Shown here one piece after another: positions 51,585 through 59,920 of a stretch of 64,000 bases of DNA. A program made the position numbers and the translations under genes. This DNA is from an uncultured Gemmatimonadaceae bacterium (GTDB taxonomy: Bacteria; Latescibacterota; UBA2968; UBA8231), in contig CAYWBJ010000424.1 in assembly GCA_964456165.1 (NCBI GenBank), forward strand, positions 922 to 64,921. The letters run 5' to 3'. Under the pieces are notes generated by a model that worked only from the letters and a program-made list of their open reading frames with translations, searched no databases and was not told where the DNA came from. Numbering within the stretch: the first letter of the stretch is position 1; each line of letters begins with the position of its first letter.

Positions 51585-53069
51585 ATGCGCGTTGCCATCG
51601 GTGGCATCAGCCATGAGACCAGCACCTTCACGCTGGTACCGACAAACCTGGATTCGTTTCGCGAACGGGCCTACCTGCACGGTCGGGAGATAATCGAGCG
51701 TTACGCCGGCACCAACACCCCGGTCGGCGGCTTCGTGCAGGGCGCCGAGAAACACGGCTTCGAGCTCGTCCCTACGATGCTGGCCGAAGCGTTCCCGAGC
51801 GCCCCCGTATCGCGGCCCATCTTCGACGGCATTCTGGCCGAGCTCGTCGAAGGAATCCGGGCAGCGGTTCCGGATGGCGTGCTGCTCGACCTGCACGGCT
51901 CGATGGTGGTCGACCCGGTCGGCTCGCCCGCTCACATCGACGATCCGGAGGGCCACATCCTGGCGGCGGTGCGGGAAGTGGTCGGTCCCCGGGTGCCGAT
52001 CCTGGCCCAGCTCGACATCCACTCCAACATGTCGCAGCGCCGGGTCGAGACCGCCGACGTGCTGATCGGACGCGAGAGTTATCCCGAGACCGACATGGCC
52101 GCGCGCAGCCTGGAGTGCACCGACGTCCTGGCTCGCATCTTCGGAGCGGGGCTGCGCCCGACGCTGGCGCTGCACCGCATCCCGATGATGTGGGGGATGA
52201 ACCAGGTCACCGCCCATCCGCCGATGAAGGAGGCCATCGCCAGGTTGCACCAGATCGAGGCCCGGCCCGGCGTGGTCTGCGGTTCCATCGCCACCTGCTA
52301 CCCGCTGGCCGACGTGCCCAACATGGGCGCTTCGGTCTACGTCGTCACCGACGGCGACCAGGCGCTGGCACAGGCCTGCGCCGACGAGCTCGGTGAATGG
52401 CTCTACGCGCACCGGGCCGACTGGCACTACCCGGTTCCGGCGGCCCGCGAAGCCCTCGCAACCGCCGAGCGGGAAAGCCGCTTCCCCGTGATCTTCGCCG
52501 ACCGCAACGACAACACCGGCGGCGGCTCGCCCGGTGACAGCACCGGCGTCCTGCGCGCCTTCATCGAGGCGGGCCTGGAGGACGCCTGCGTCCTCTACAT
52601 GGTCGATCCCGAGGCAATCAGGGCCTGTCACGCCGCCGGGGTCGGAGCGACGCTGACCCTGGATGTGGGCGCCCGGTCCAGCCCGCTCCAGGGCGAGCCG
52701 GTGCCGATGGAGGTCGAGGTGATGGGGATTTCCGATGGGGCGTTCACTTTCGACGGGCCGATGTACGAGGGACTGTCCTCGACCATGGGCCCCTCCGCCT
52801 ACATTCGCCAGGGGGGCGTGCACGTGATTCTGGCGAGCAAGCGCGAGCAGCCGTTCGACACCGCGTTCTCCCGCACCCTCGGGCTCGACCCGCGGCAGAT
52901 GAAGTACATCGCGGTGAAGTCCACCGCCCACTTCCGCGCCGGCTTCGAGCCCTGGGCCGGCGCCATCCACGCCGTGGCCGAGCCGAGCCTGCACGATGCC
53001 CAGCACGTCACCTTCGCGCGGCTCGGACGCGAAGTCTATCCCCTCAGAGGCGGTACCTGGCCGGCGTGA
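51585..53069 (+). CDS. M81 family metallopeptidase (MlrC/microcystinase-C-like)
   Basis: MRVAIGGISHETSTF N-terminal block; LDLHGSMV; 494 aa with the C-terminal MlrC-like domain (KSTAHFRAGF). Confidence 0.8.
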   Translation: MRVAIGGISHETSTFTLVPTNLDSFRERAYLHGREIIERYAGTNTPVGGFVQGAEKHGFELVPTMLAEAFPSAPVSRPIFDGILAELVEGIRAAVPDGVLLDLHGSMVVDPVGSPAHIDDPEGHILAAVREVVGPRVPILAQLDIHSNMSQRRVETADVLIGRESYPETDMAARSLECTDVLARIFGAGLRPTLALHRIPMMWGMNQVTAHPPMKEAIARLHQIEARPGVVCGSIATCYPLADVPNMGASVYVVTDGDQALAQACADELGEWLYAHRADWHYPVPAAREALATAERESRFPVIFADRNDNTGGGSPGDSTGVLRAFIEAGLEDACVLYMVDPEAIRACHAAGVGATLTLDVGARSSPLQGEPVPMEVEVMGISDGAFTFDGPMYEGLSSTMGPSAYIRQGGVHVILASKREQPFDTAFSRTLGLDPRQMKYIAVKSTAHFRAGFEPWAGAIHAVAEPSLHDAQHVTFARLGREVYPLRGGTWPA

Positions 53070-53191
53070 CGTCCGACCACGCCACCGTCTGAACCTTGTC
53101 GCTGCCGACCTCCTCGCCGATGATCGCGCCGAGCCCGCCGCTGCCCAAGGCTTCTGCCAGCCCTACGCCGCGCACGGGTGACAGCCAACCG

Positions 53192-54460
53192 CTACCAGGT
53201 GGCGATCAGTTCGTCTAATGTAAGGTCCGGCATCTGGTGGTAGTGAGTGCGCAGCGGCCGGGTGTAGAAGTCGGGCGAAGACGCGGCCCCGGTGCCGCCC
53301 ATGAGGTTCCGGTGGACCTCGGTGTAGTGGACGTTGGAGCACTCCCGGTCGGCCGCCATCTGCGCCGTCAGCGGCGCGAAACGCTTTCCCAGTTCATCGG
53401 CCTCGGCCGGCGTGAAGCGGCCGCGCATGTCGGACCAGAAGTGCTCGCCGAAGCCGCCCTCGAAACCGCTGCGTTCCGCCTCCGAGAGCTCTGCGGCCCC
53501 GGTGCCGCAGAGACCGGCGACCTTCTCCGCCATGCGGCACAAATGGGCGACCGCCACCATGCGGCACGACACCTCCGGATGCGCCGCCGCCAACTCCCGA
53601 ACGAAGGCCGCGCCGTCCCGCTCCAGAGCAGTCCTGAATATCCGCTCGTACTGATCGCGGCACTGCATGGTCCAGGCCGCCTGCTGCTCGAACCATTCGC
53701 GTGCCGCCGGCGCCAGATGGCGGGTGAACTCCAGGTCCATGTTCCAGTGGGGATGGTGGCCGAACGAGGATATCTTGTCGAAGTCGTAGTACCCCATGTG
53801 GATGACGCGTCGCATGCGCGAGGTGTAGGGGCTGCCCTGGTGCTGCATGTAGGCGGCGTAGACGATGGCGTCACCCGCCTTCAGGTCGGCCTGGAAGGCG
53901 CCGGGCATCTCGCCCCTACAGTCGCGCAGTAGCTGCTCCTTGAGCTGTTCGCTGTCCGGGTTGGCATGGCTGCCCGGGATGACCCAGAACAGGTCGTCGT
54001 CGTAGAGCGCGACGTTCCACTGCACATACGGCGGGCCGTTGATCGCCAAGTCCCGCTGGACCCCGGCCAGCGGTGCCAGGTAGTTGGAGCAGTAGTCCCG
54101 GTGCCAGTCGGTGGCGCCGAAGTCCCAGACCGCGCTCACCATCAGCTCCAGGCTGCCGATGCCGGCGCGTTTTGCCCCCAGCAGCTCGGTGCTGACCCCC
54201 AGCGGCTTGCCGATGAACCACCCGGCCACATGCGCAGTCTCCGCGGTGACCAGGTCGTCGACCTTCACGCGCGGCTGCGCCGCGGCCTGCCAGGCGCCGC
54301 CGATGGGCTGGTCCGGTGTCCGCTCGCGCCGCGACTGCTCCTGGCTCAGCTGCACCAGCACGTCGAAGCCCAGGCGCAGCTCGTGTAGCTCGTCCGGTTC
54401 GAGAAAACCGCGGAGAATTAGAAAACCATCCCTCCCGAAGCGCTCATGGTCGAGTTGCAT
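53192..54460 (-). CDS. PhyH-family dioxygenase with ~170-aa helical C-terminal extension (PhyH-4)
   Basis: ATG 54460 (MQLDHERFGRDGFLILRGFL). DWHRDYC (HxD), IPGSHAN, YMQHQGSPYTSRMRR. Long extra C-terminus FTRHLAPAAREWFEQQ...DELIATW. Confidence 0.8.
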   Translation of the reverse strand: MQLDHERFGRDGFLILRGFLEPDELHELRLGFDVLVQLSQEQSRRERTPDQPIGGAWQAAAQPRVKVDDLVTAETAHVAGWFIGKPLGVSTELLGAKRAGIGSLELMVSAVWDFGATDWHRDYCSNYLAPLAGVQRDLAINGPPYVQWNVALYDDDLFWVIPGSHANPDSEQLKEQLLRDCRGEMPGAFQADLKAGDAIVYAAYMQHQGSPYTSRMRRVIHMGYYDFDKISSFGHHPHWNMDLEFTRHLAPAAREWFEQQAAWTMQCRDQYERIFRTALERDGAAFVRELAAAHPEVSCRMVAVAHLCRMAEKVAGLCGTGAAELSEAERSGFEGGFGEHFWSDMRGRFTPAEADELGKRFAPLTAQMAADRECSNVHYTEVHRNLMGGTGAASSPDFYTRPLRTHYHQMPDLTLDELIATW

Positions 54461-54602
54461 GTCGAATCCTCGCGGTGGCGGTCGCTCACCGGCCAAGGTA
54501 CCCCACCTCCGTCTGCTGGACAATGTCCGGCGGCACTGGCGCCTCCCCTGCTTCCTTCGCACTATTCCACTACGGTGGGACCGAAGCAGCCTGGAGCCGG
54601 AC

Positions 54603-55877
54603 ATGAGCGATACGGTAGCGACCCAGTTGGCCATCCACGGCGGCCCGAAGGCCGTCACGACCAACCCCGGTGACCTCTTCGACTGGATGATCACCACCTC
54701 CAAGGACGAGGAGGCGGTACTCGAGGTCCTGCGGCGGGGGGCCATGTCCGCCTGGGACGTGACCCTGGAGTTCGAGCGTGAACTGGCCGCTTGGTTCGGC
54801 TCCGAGCACGCCCTCTGCTTCAACAACGGCACCCAGGCGATCCGCACCGCCATGTGGGCCTGCGGGGTGCACGCCGGCGACGAGATCATCTGCCAGAGCA
54901 TGACCTTCTGGGCCTCGGCGCTGCAGGTCTATTCGCTCGGCGGCACCGTCGTCTTCGCCGAGATGGACCCAGCCACACTGACCCTGGATCCGGAGGACGT
55001 CGAGCGCCGCATCACCGACCGGACGAAGGCCATCGTCTGCGTCCACTACTGCGGCTATCCCACCGACATGGACGCGATCATGGAGCTCGCCGCCCGGCGC
55101 CACATCATGGTGATCGAAGACGTCTCCCACGCCCAGGGCGGCCTCTACAAGGGCCGCAAGCTGGGCACCATCGGCCACGTCGGCGCCATGTCGATCATGT
55201 CGGAAAAATCACTGGCCTGCGGCGAGGGCGGCGTCCTCATCACCGGCGACGATCTGCTCCACCAGCGCGCCGTCGCCTTCGGCCATTACGAGAGGCCGGA
55301 CCTACTCACCAATTCCGAGCTGGCGCCGTTCGCCAAGCTGCCGATGGGTGGCTACAAGAATCGCATCCACCAGATGTCGGCCGCCGTCGGCCGCGTCCAG
55401 CTGCGCGCCTACGCCGACCGCATGGACGAAATCCAGCGAGCAATGAACCACTTCTGGGATCTGCTCGAGGGGGTGCCCGGCGTTCACGCGCACCGGCCGC
55501 CGGCCGCTTCCGGCAGCACGATGGGCGGCTGGTATTACGCCCACGGAATCTACGCCCCGGAGGAGCTGGGCGGCCTGCCCCTGAGTCGCTTCTGCGAGGC
55601 GCTGAACGCCGAAGGGGTTCCGGCGGCGGCCGGCGCCAACTTTCTGCTGCACCTGCATCCGATGCTCAACGACGCCGACGTCTACGGCCACGGGAAACCG
55701 ACCCGCATCGCCCACTCCGACCGCGACCTCCGGCAGCCGGCCGGCAGTCTGCCGGTATCCGAGTCCTTACCCGAGCGCACCTTCTCGGTGCCCTGGTTCA
55801 AGCACTACCGGCCGGATATAATCGCGGCTTACGCCGCCGGCGTGCGAAAGGTGGCAGAAGCGGCCGGCGAACTGTAG
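54603..55877 (+). CDS. DegT/DnrJ/EryC1/StrS-family PLP-dependent aminotransferase
   Basis: ATG 54603 with GGAG SD. AIHGGPKAV; NNGTQAI; EDVSHAQG; PLP-Lys context MSIMSEKSLACGEGG as in sugar/inositol aminotransferases. Confidence 0.85.
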   Translation: MSDTVATQLAIHGGPKAVTTNPGDLFDWMITTSKDEEAVLEVLRRGAMSAWDVTLEFERELAAWFGSEHALCFNNGTQAIRTAMWACGVHAGDEIICQSMTFWASALQVYSLGGTVVFAEMDPATLTLDPEDVERRITDRTKAIVCVHYCGYPTDMDAIMELAARRHIMVIEDVSHAQGGLYKGRKLGTIGHVGAMSIMSEKSLACGEGGVLITGDDLLHQRAVAFGHYERPDLLTNSELAPFAKLPMGGYKNRIHQMSAAVGRVQLRAYADRMDEIQRAMNHFWDLLEGVPGVHAHRPPAASGSTMGGWYYAHGIYAPEELGGLPLSRFCEALNAEGVPAAAGANFLLHLHPMLNDADVYGHGKPTRIAHSDRDLRQPAGSLPVSESLPERTFSVPWFKHYRPDIIAAYAAGVRKVAEAAGEL

Positions 55878-55911
55878 CTGTTCCGGGTAATCGGGGATCG
55901 CAGCAGCGGCG

Positions 55912-56700
55912 CTACTCGGCGGGCTGCAGGGCCCGCCAGCGTTCCCACCAGACGCGCACCTGGTCCGGCAGGGAAGATCCCACGTTGTCGGCCAGACGCC
56001 AGCGGAAACGCTCGTCTACCGTCTCTTCCACCGGCTCACCGGGATCGTGTTTGACCAGCCCGCCCGTCATCACCAGCCGCTCCTTCATGCTATCCGGCTT
56101 CCTGCCCCGGTGAATCGTGCCGCCATCCCAGATCAGCGTCTGCCCGCGCGCGAGGAAGACGTTGATCTGACCGCTGAGCTCCATCTTGCGGTCTTCGTAG
56201 AGCGCCCGGTGCTCTTCCCGGGTGCAGCAACGGCGCTGACTGTACGGCACCAGCCAGAGGCAGGGATCGTCGGTGAACGCCGTCTGCCACCGCAGCGCCT
56301 GCATCGGTCGGTTGAGAATCGCCATCTCCTCCTCGTAGCTCATCTCGGCCCTGTCCACCACATCCCGGTGCCAGCCCGTATCGTAGGCGTCCGACGCGTT
56401 GCGCAGGTGCACATAACCCAGGCGCAGGTCGGTGCCGAGAAACTCGTGCACATAGCGCAGCAGGGAAGGGGAGAGGAAGTGCTCGCCGAATACCGGCTCG
56501 CCGAACTCCGGGGCCAGCAGGCCGAAGATGGAACCAGCCTCCGGGCCTTTGCCCCACGGGTCCACCTCGCCGGAGCGCACTTTCTCCCAGACGTTCCACG
56601 ACGCTGTCTCCAGACGCTCGAAAAGCTCCGGCTCCAGGGCGTCCTCGACGATGGTGTATCCCTGACCCCAGAACTCCGCCATCACCCTTTCCATGCCCAT
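55912..56700 (-). CDS. PhyH-family dioxygenase (PhyH-5), tandem duplicate
   Basis: GWHRDV (HxD), TIHRGRK (distal His/Arg), but VPYSQRR where its neighbour has VPGSHRR. 5 nt after the stop of 56706-57488, with GGAG inside the upstream gene's end. Confidence 0.85.
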   Translation of the reverse strand: MGMERVMAEFWGQGYTIVEDALEPELFERLETASWNVWEKVRSGEVDPWGKGPEAGSIFGLLAPEFGEPVFGEHFLSPSLLRYVHEFLGTDLRLGYVHLRNASDAYDTGWHRDVVDRAEMSYEEEMAILNRPMQALRWQTAFTDDPCLWLVPYSQRRCCTREEHRALYEDRKMELSGQINVFLARGQTLIWDGGTIHRGRKPDSMKERLVMTGGLVKHDPGEPVEETVDERFRWRLADNVGSSLPDQVRVWWERWRALQPAE

Positions 56701-56705
56701 GGCGA

Positions 56706-57488
56706 CTACTCCGGCTGCAGGGCGCGCCAGCGATCGTAGTACAGCTGCGACCGGGGCGGCAGCGAGTCCCTGATGTTGTCGGCCAGCTTCCAGCGGAAGC
56801 GCTCGTCCATCGCCATCTTCGGCTCTTGCGGATCATAGCGGAACAGGCCGATCGTCATGCTCAGCCGCTGCTCGAGGTCCGGGGGCTTGCGGCCGCGATG
56901 AACCGTGTAGCCGCTCCACAGCAGCATCTCTCCGCGTTTCAGGGGAACGTTGACCTGGGTCGAGATGTCCCGCTTGCCATCGAAGGCCAGCGCCTGGCGC
57001 TCCTCCTCGGTGCGGTATCTTCGATGGCTTCCCGGCACCAGCCAGAGGCAGGGATCGTCCACTAGCGCCACCTGGTACCGCAGGCCGATCATCGGCCGGC
57101 TCAGGAGCGCCATCTCCTCGTCGTAGGTGTTGTCCTTGGCCGGACCGAGGTCGCGATGCCAGCCGGTGTCGTAGCCGCCGTCGGCCGCCCACAGGTGGAC
57201 GTGGCCCATGCGCAGCTCCGGTCCCAGAAAGGCCTCGGCATAGCGCGTGATACCTTCGTAGGCCAGGATCTCGCCGAAGACCGGCTCGCCGAACTCGGGC
57301 GCCAGCAGGCCGAAGATGGAACCACCGTCCGGTCCGTTTCCGGCCACGTCGACAGCGCCCTCGCGGACTTGCGACCAGACGCTGCGGGCGCCGGCCTCGA
57401 GACGGTCGAGCATCCCCGGGTCGATGGCGTCGTCGACGATCACGTAGCCTTGGTCGAAGTACTCGGACTTGATCCTGGCGATGTCCAT
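56706..57488 (-). CDS. PhyH-family dioxygenase (PhyH-6), tandem duplicate
   Basis: ATG 57488 (MDIARIKSEYFDQGYVIVDDAI). GWHRDL, VPGSHRR, TVHRGRK. By eye about half of positions are identical to PhyH-5, including SIFGLLAPEFGEPVFGE and DERFRW.LADN. Confidence 0.85.
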   Translation of the reverse strand: MDIARIKSEYFDQGYVIVDDAIDPGMLDRLEAGARSVWSQVREGAVDVAGNGPDGGSIFGLLAPEFGEPVFGEILAYEGITRYAEAFLGPELRMGHVHLWAADGGYDTGWHRDLGPAKDNTYDEEMALLSRPMIGLRYQVALVDDPCLWLVPGSHRRYRTEEERQALAFDGKRDISTQVNVPLKRGEMLLWSGYTVHRGRKPPDLEQRLSMTIGLFRYDPQEPKMAMDERFRWKLADNIRDSLPPRSQLYYDRWRALQPE

Positions 57489-57607
57489 GTCGTTACCCGC
57501 GTCGCTCCATGCCCGTTGCCGCTGACCTAATCTGGACTCGAGCGGCCGGTTCTGCAACGGCGCGGTCCAGCGTCGGTCTACGCATTCATCTCCACTGCGT
57601 GCACCAG

Positions 57608-57630
57608 ACCGCGAGATCGAAAATATCGCG
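57608..57630 (-). terminator. candidate hairpin after the small-protein / PhyH-7 cassette
   Basis: CCGCGA-(11 nt)-TCGCGG, ~100 nt downstream of the PhyH-7 stop (57728), within the only long (239-bp) gap in the minus-strand PhyH run. Confidence 0.25.
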
Positions 57631-57727
57631 GGGTTACGACTTCGACGACTCCATCGACAAGCCGGTCAAGGTGGACAACCTGGGCAGCGTCGTGGCCGGC
57701 TACGCCCAGCCCAACTGAGCGCTTGAC

Positions 57728-58591
57728 TTATTCCAGACCCGGCGGCACTCCGAAAGGTGGCCCGACGATGTGATGGCCGTCCGAGTTGACCACCGGCCAT
57801 CCCTGACCGCCCAGGTAGCCGAACTCCTCCCCCTTTCCACACAGCCAGCAGAACATCTCGGCGTTGTCGATGGTATCCCGGTGCTGCTGTCGGTAGGTCA
57901 GCGGCTTGCCGAAGCCGTAGTCAGCCGTGGCGAAATCGAATCCGTCGTCGCGGATCCAGTCTCGCTGCGGCGCAACAGTGCGGAAGTAGCTGTACTTGAG
58001 ATTGTGCCGCCTCCCGGCGCCCGTGGCCTCGCTGCGCCGGTGCCAGATCGAATAGACTGTCAGGATGACGCTGCCGGCCGGTGCCGAGGTGTAATGGGTT
58101 CCCCTTATGCTGCCGTAGTGACCCATGTAGTTCTGGGGGAGCTGGCCGAGCGTGTAGAGAAAATGGGAGCCCGGCAGCAGCTCGGTGGGCCCCATCTCCC
58201 GCGGCACATCCTGCGGATAGTAGAAGACCTGCAGATAGTTCAATGCGGGACCGACCTGGGAGGCTCCGTCGCGGTGCCAGTACTGTCTGGGCGCCGGCGC
58301 CTGCAGCCGGTGGTTACTCACCAGCACTGGTAAGCCGAAATCGCGGCCGAGAAGGGAACGTACCGCTCCGGCAACCGCGGGCGCGAGCAGGACGCGGTCG
58401 ACGAACCAGTCCTCAGCCAGCAGCTCAGCCGGCTCGCCCGCCCGGCGCGGCCGCCCGCTCTCCAGGAAATCGAGCGTGCGGCCGTTGATCTCGTCCGGCA
58501 CGACCCCCGGCAGTATCAGGAATCCCTGCTTGCAGAATTCCAGGACGTCGGAGTCACCGAGCGTCGGCTCGCAGTCGTGGCTCCTGATCAA
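57728..58591 (-). CDS. PhyH-family dioxygenase (PhyH-7), partner of small protein 58588-58959
   Basis: Start inferred by alignment with 63442 (MHTHDCEPT): TTG 58591 gives (M)IRSHDCEPTLGDSDVLEFC and overlaps the upstream TGA (gcTTGAtc); alternative GTG at 58603. YWHRDG (HxD), LPGSHFL, SIWHRRS. Confidence 0.8.
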   Translation of the reverse strand: MIRSHDCEPTLGDSDVLEFCKQGFLILPGVVPDEINGRTLDFLESGRPRRAGEPAELLAEDWFVDRVLLAPAVAGAVRSLLGRDFGLPVLVSNHRLQAPAPRQYWHRDGASQVGPALNYLQVFYYPQDVPREMGPTELLPGSHFLYTLGQLPQNYMGHYGSIRGTHYTSAPAGSVILTVYSIWHRRSEATGAGRRHNLKYSYFRTVAPQRDWIRDDGFDFATADYGFGKPLTYRQQHRDTIDNAEMFCWLCGKGEEFGYLGGQGWPVVNSDGHHIVGPPFGVPPGLE

Positions 58592-58959
58592 GCCGAACTC
58601 CACTTCTCCAGAATGAACTCGCATCCCAGGCCGTAGGTTCGTTTCTCGTCCAGGAGGATGGCCATCTCCGGGAACTTGATGATGCGCCACCCGTCGGCCA
58701 GCGCCTCGGCCACGGTCTGATAGGGCCAGTCGTCCGCATCGTCCGGCCCGTCCGCGAACTCGCCGTCCACGAACATGCTCATGCCGAGCACCTGGCTCGT
58801 CACCGACGTCTGCGCCGCCTGCAAGTAGAGCAGGTCCTGCCGTCCTTCTCCCAGCTGCGCGGCCAGCTCGCCGATGCGCCGGAGGCTCTCTTCCGCAAGC
58901 TCGTTGCGTCGCAGCTCATGTATGCAGCGGTCGACCTGCCTTGCAATCTGCTCTTTCAT
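58588..58959 (-). CDS. conserved small protein of unknown function (123 aa), copy 1
   Basis: MKEQIARQVDR...GRQDLLYLQAAQTSVTSQVLGMSMFVDGEFADGPDDADDWPYQTVAEALADGWRIIKFPEMAILLDEKRTYGLGCEFILEKWSSA. Homologous to 63052-63441. Stop overlaps the start of PhyH-7. Confidence 0.75.
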   Translation of the reverse strand: MKEQIARQVDRCIHELRRNELAEESLRRIGELAAQLGEGRQDLLYLQAAQTSVTSQVLGMSMFVDGEFADGPDDADDWPYQTVAEALADGWRIIKFPEMAILLDEKRTYGLGCEFILEKWSSA

Positions 58960-59058
58960 GCGCCTGCCCCGTCTGATGCCGCCTCGTCGGTGAGCGATGG
59001 CCTCAAGCTTAGCCCCCTAGCCGAAGCCCGGCAATCGGCGGGCCGCCCACCCCCAGAC

Positions 59059-59086
59059 TTGACGGGAAAGCGCGAATTGCGATTAT
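59059..59086 (+). promoter_or_regulatory. candidate sigma70-type promoter for PhyH-8 / membrane protein
   Basis: TTGACG (59059-59064), 16-nt spacer, GATTAT (59081-59086), ~35 nt upstream of the 59121 start. Confidence 0.35.
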
Positions 59087-59120
59087 GGGGAAATTCAGGG
59101 AACCGACGGGATGACCACGT

Positions 59121-59918
59121 GTGATGACACAGGCAACCTCCGCGGGTGACCAGGTGCTGGATCGCGCCCGGTTCGAGGGACTCTCCCCACGGCAGCAGCT
59201 GGACTTCTACAACGAGAACGGCTTCCTCCTCATTCCGGAGGCGGTGTCGGCCGGGCAGATGCAGCGTATCGACAAGGAGCTCTCCGCCAGGGAGATCCCG
59301 CGCCGCTGGGACTACTGGGATGAATGGCCGGGGCCGGAGCTCGAAAGCCTGATCGCCAATCCCCGGCTCCTAGAGCCGCTGCACCTCTGTTACGGCGACG
59401 ACCTGCGCTTCTTCAAGTCGGTCTACACCGAATGGCGCGACCGGGTTGCCACCGAGCTGGAGAACCGGCGGCAGCGCCTGCACCGCGACTACACCCCCGA
59501 GGCGACCGACGGTGACTACCGCAACAGCTGCGCCAGCTGGGTCAACGTCGGCCACTACTTCATCGACCTCGACGTCGACGAGGGCCCCCTCTGGGTCGTG
59601 CCGGGCAGCCACCGCCTGGCCTGGACCGGCCAGCGTGAGTTCGAGGAATTCGGCGACCAGGCCCGCATGGTCCTGGCGCGCGCCGGAGACGCGGTGATGT
59701 TCCACTGTCTGACCCTGCATGCCGGGGGTGCCATGGCCTCGGGCAACCCGCGGCCCAGCGTCTTCCAGTCTTACCGGGTCGGCTGGGCGGCGCCGCTCGA
59801 CACCGTGCCCGAGTGGCCGGAGGAAATCGTGCGCCAGGCGCCGCCGGAGCTCCGAAAGCTGCTCGAGGGCCTGAACGACGGAACCAGATTCGGAGTCCAC
59901 GGCATGATCCGGGCCTGA
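59121..59918 (+). CDS. PhyH-family dioxygenase (PhyH-8)
   Basis: GTG 59121 / ATG 59124. RLHRDY (HxD), VPGSHRL, LTLHAGGAMASGNPR. Sigma70-like promoter upstream. Confidence 0.85.
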   Translation: MMTQATSAGDQVLDRARFEGLSPRQQLDFYNENGFLLIPEAVSAGQMQRIDKELSAREIPRRWDYWDEWPGPELESLIANPRLLEPLHLCYGDDLRFFKSVYTEWRDRVATELENRRQRLHRDYTPEATDGDYRNSCASWVNVGHYFIDLDVDEGPLWVVPGSHRLAWTGQREFEEFGDQARMVLARAGDAVMFHCLTLHAGGAMASGNPRPSVFQSYRVGWAAPLDTVPEWPEEIVRQAPPELRKLLEGLNDGTRFGVHGMIRA

Positions 59919-59920
59919 AA

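Noticed and set aside
51579-53006. 475-aa minus-strand ORF antisense to the M81 peptidase gene. Also the 50617-51582 and 54791-56113 alternate-frame ORFs.
   Set aside because: Gly/Arg/Ala/His-rich with no motifs. The sense frames have family signatures and SD sequences.
53044-53175. 43-codon minus-strand ORF (GTG start) VRGVGLAEALGSGGLGAIIGEEVGSDKVQTVAWSDVTPARYRL downstream of PhyH-4, with a glycine-zipper-like look.
   Set aside because: No SD. It overlaps the 3' end of the M81 gene and is too short to evaluate without homologues.
57509-57718. 69-aa plus-strand ORF in the 239-bp gap between PhyH-6 and PhyH-7, ending ...GYDFDDSIDKPVKVDNLGSVVAGYAQPN.
   Set aside because: Only the last ~30 residues look protein-like. 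There is no SD or start context. It is probably a relic or chance, and the gap more plausibly holds a terminator hairpin and the PhyH-6 promoter.
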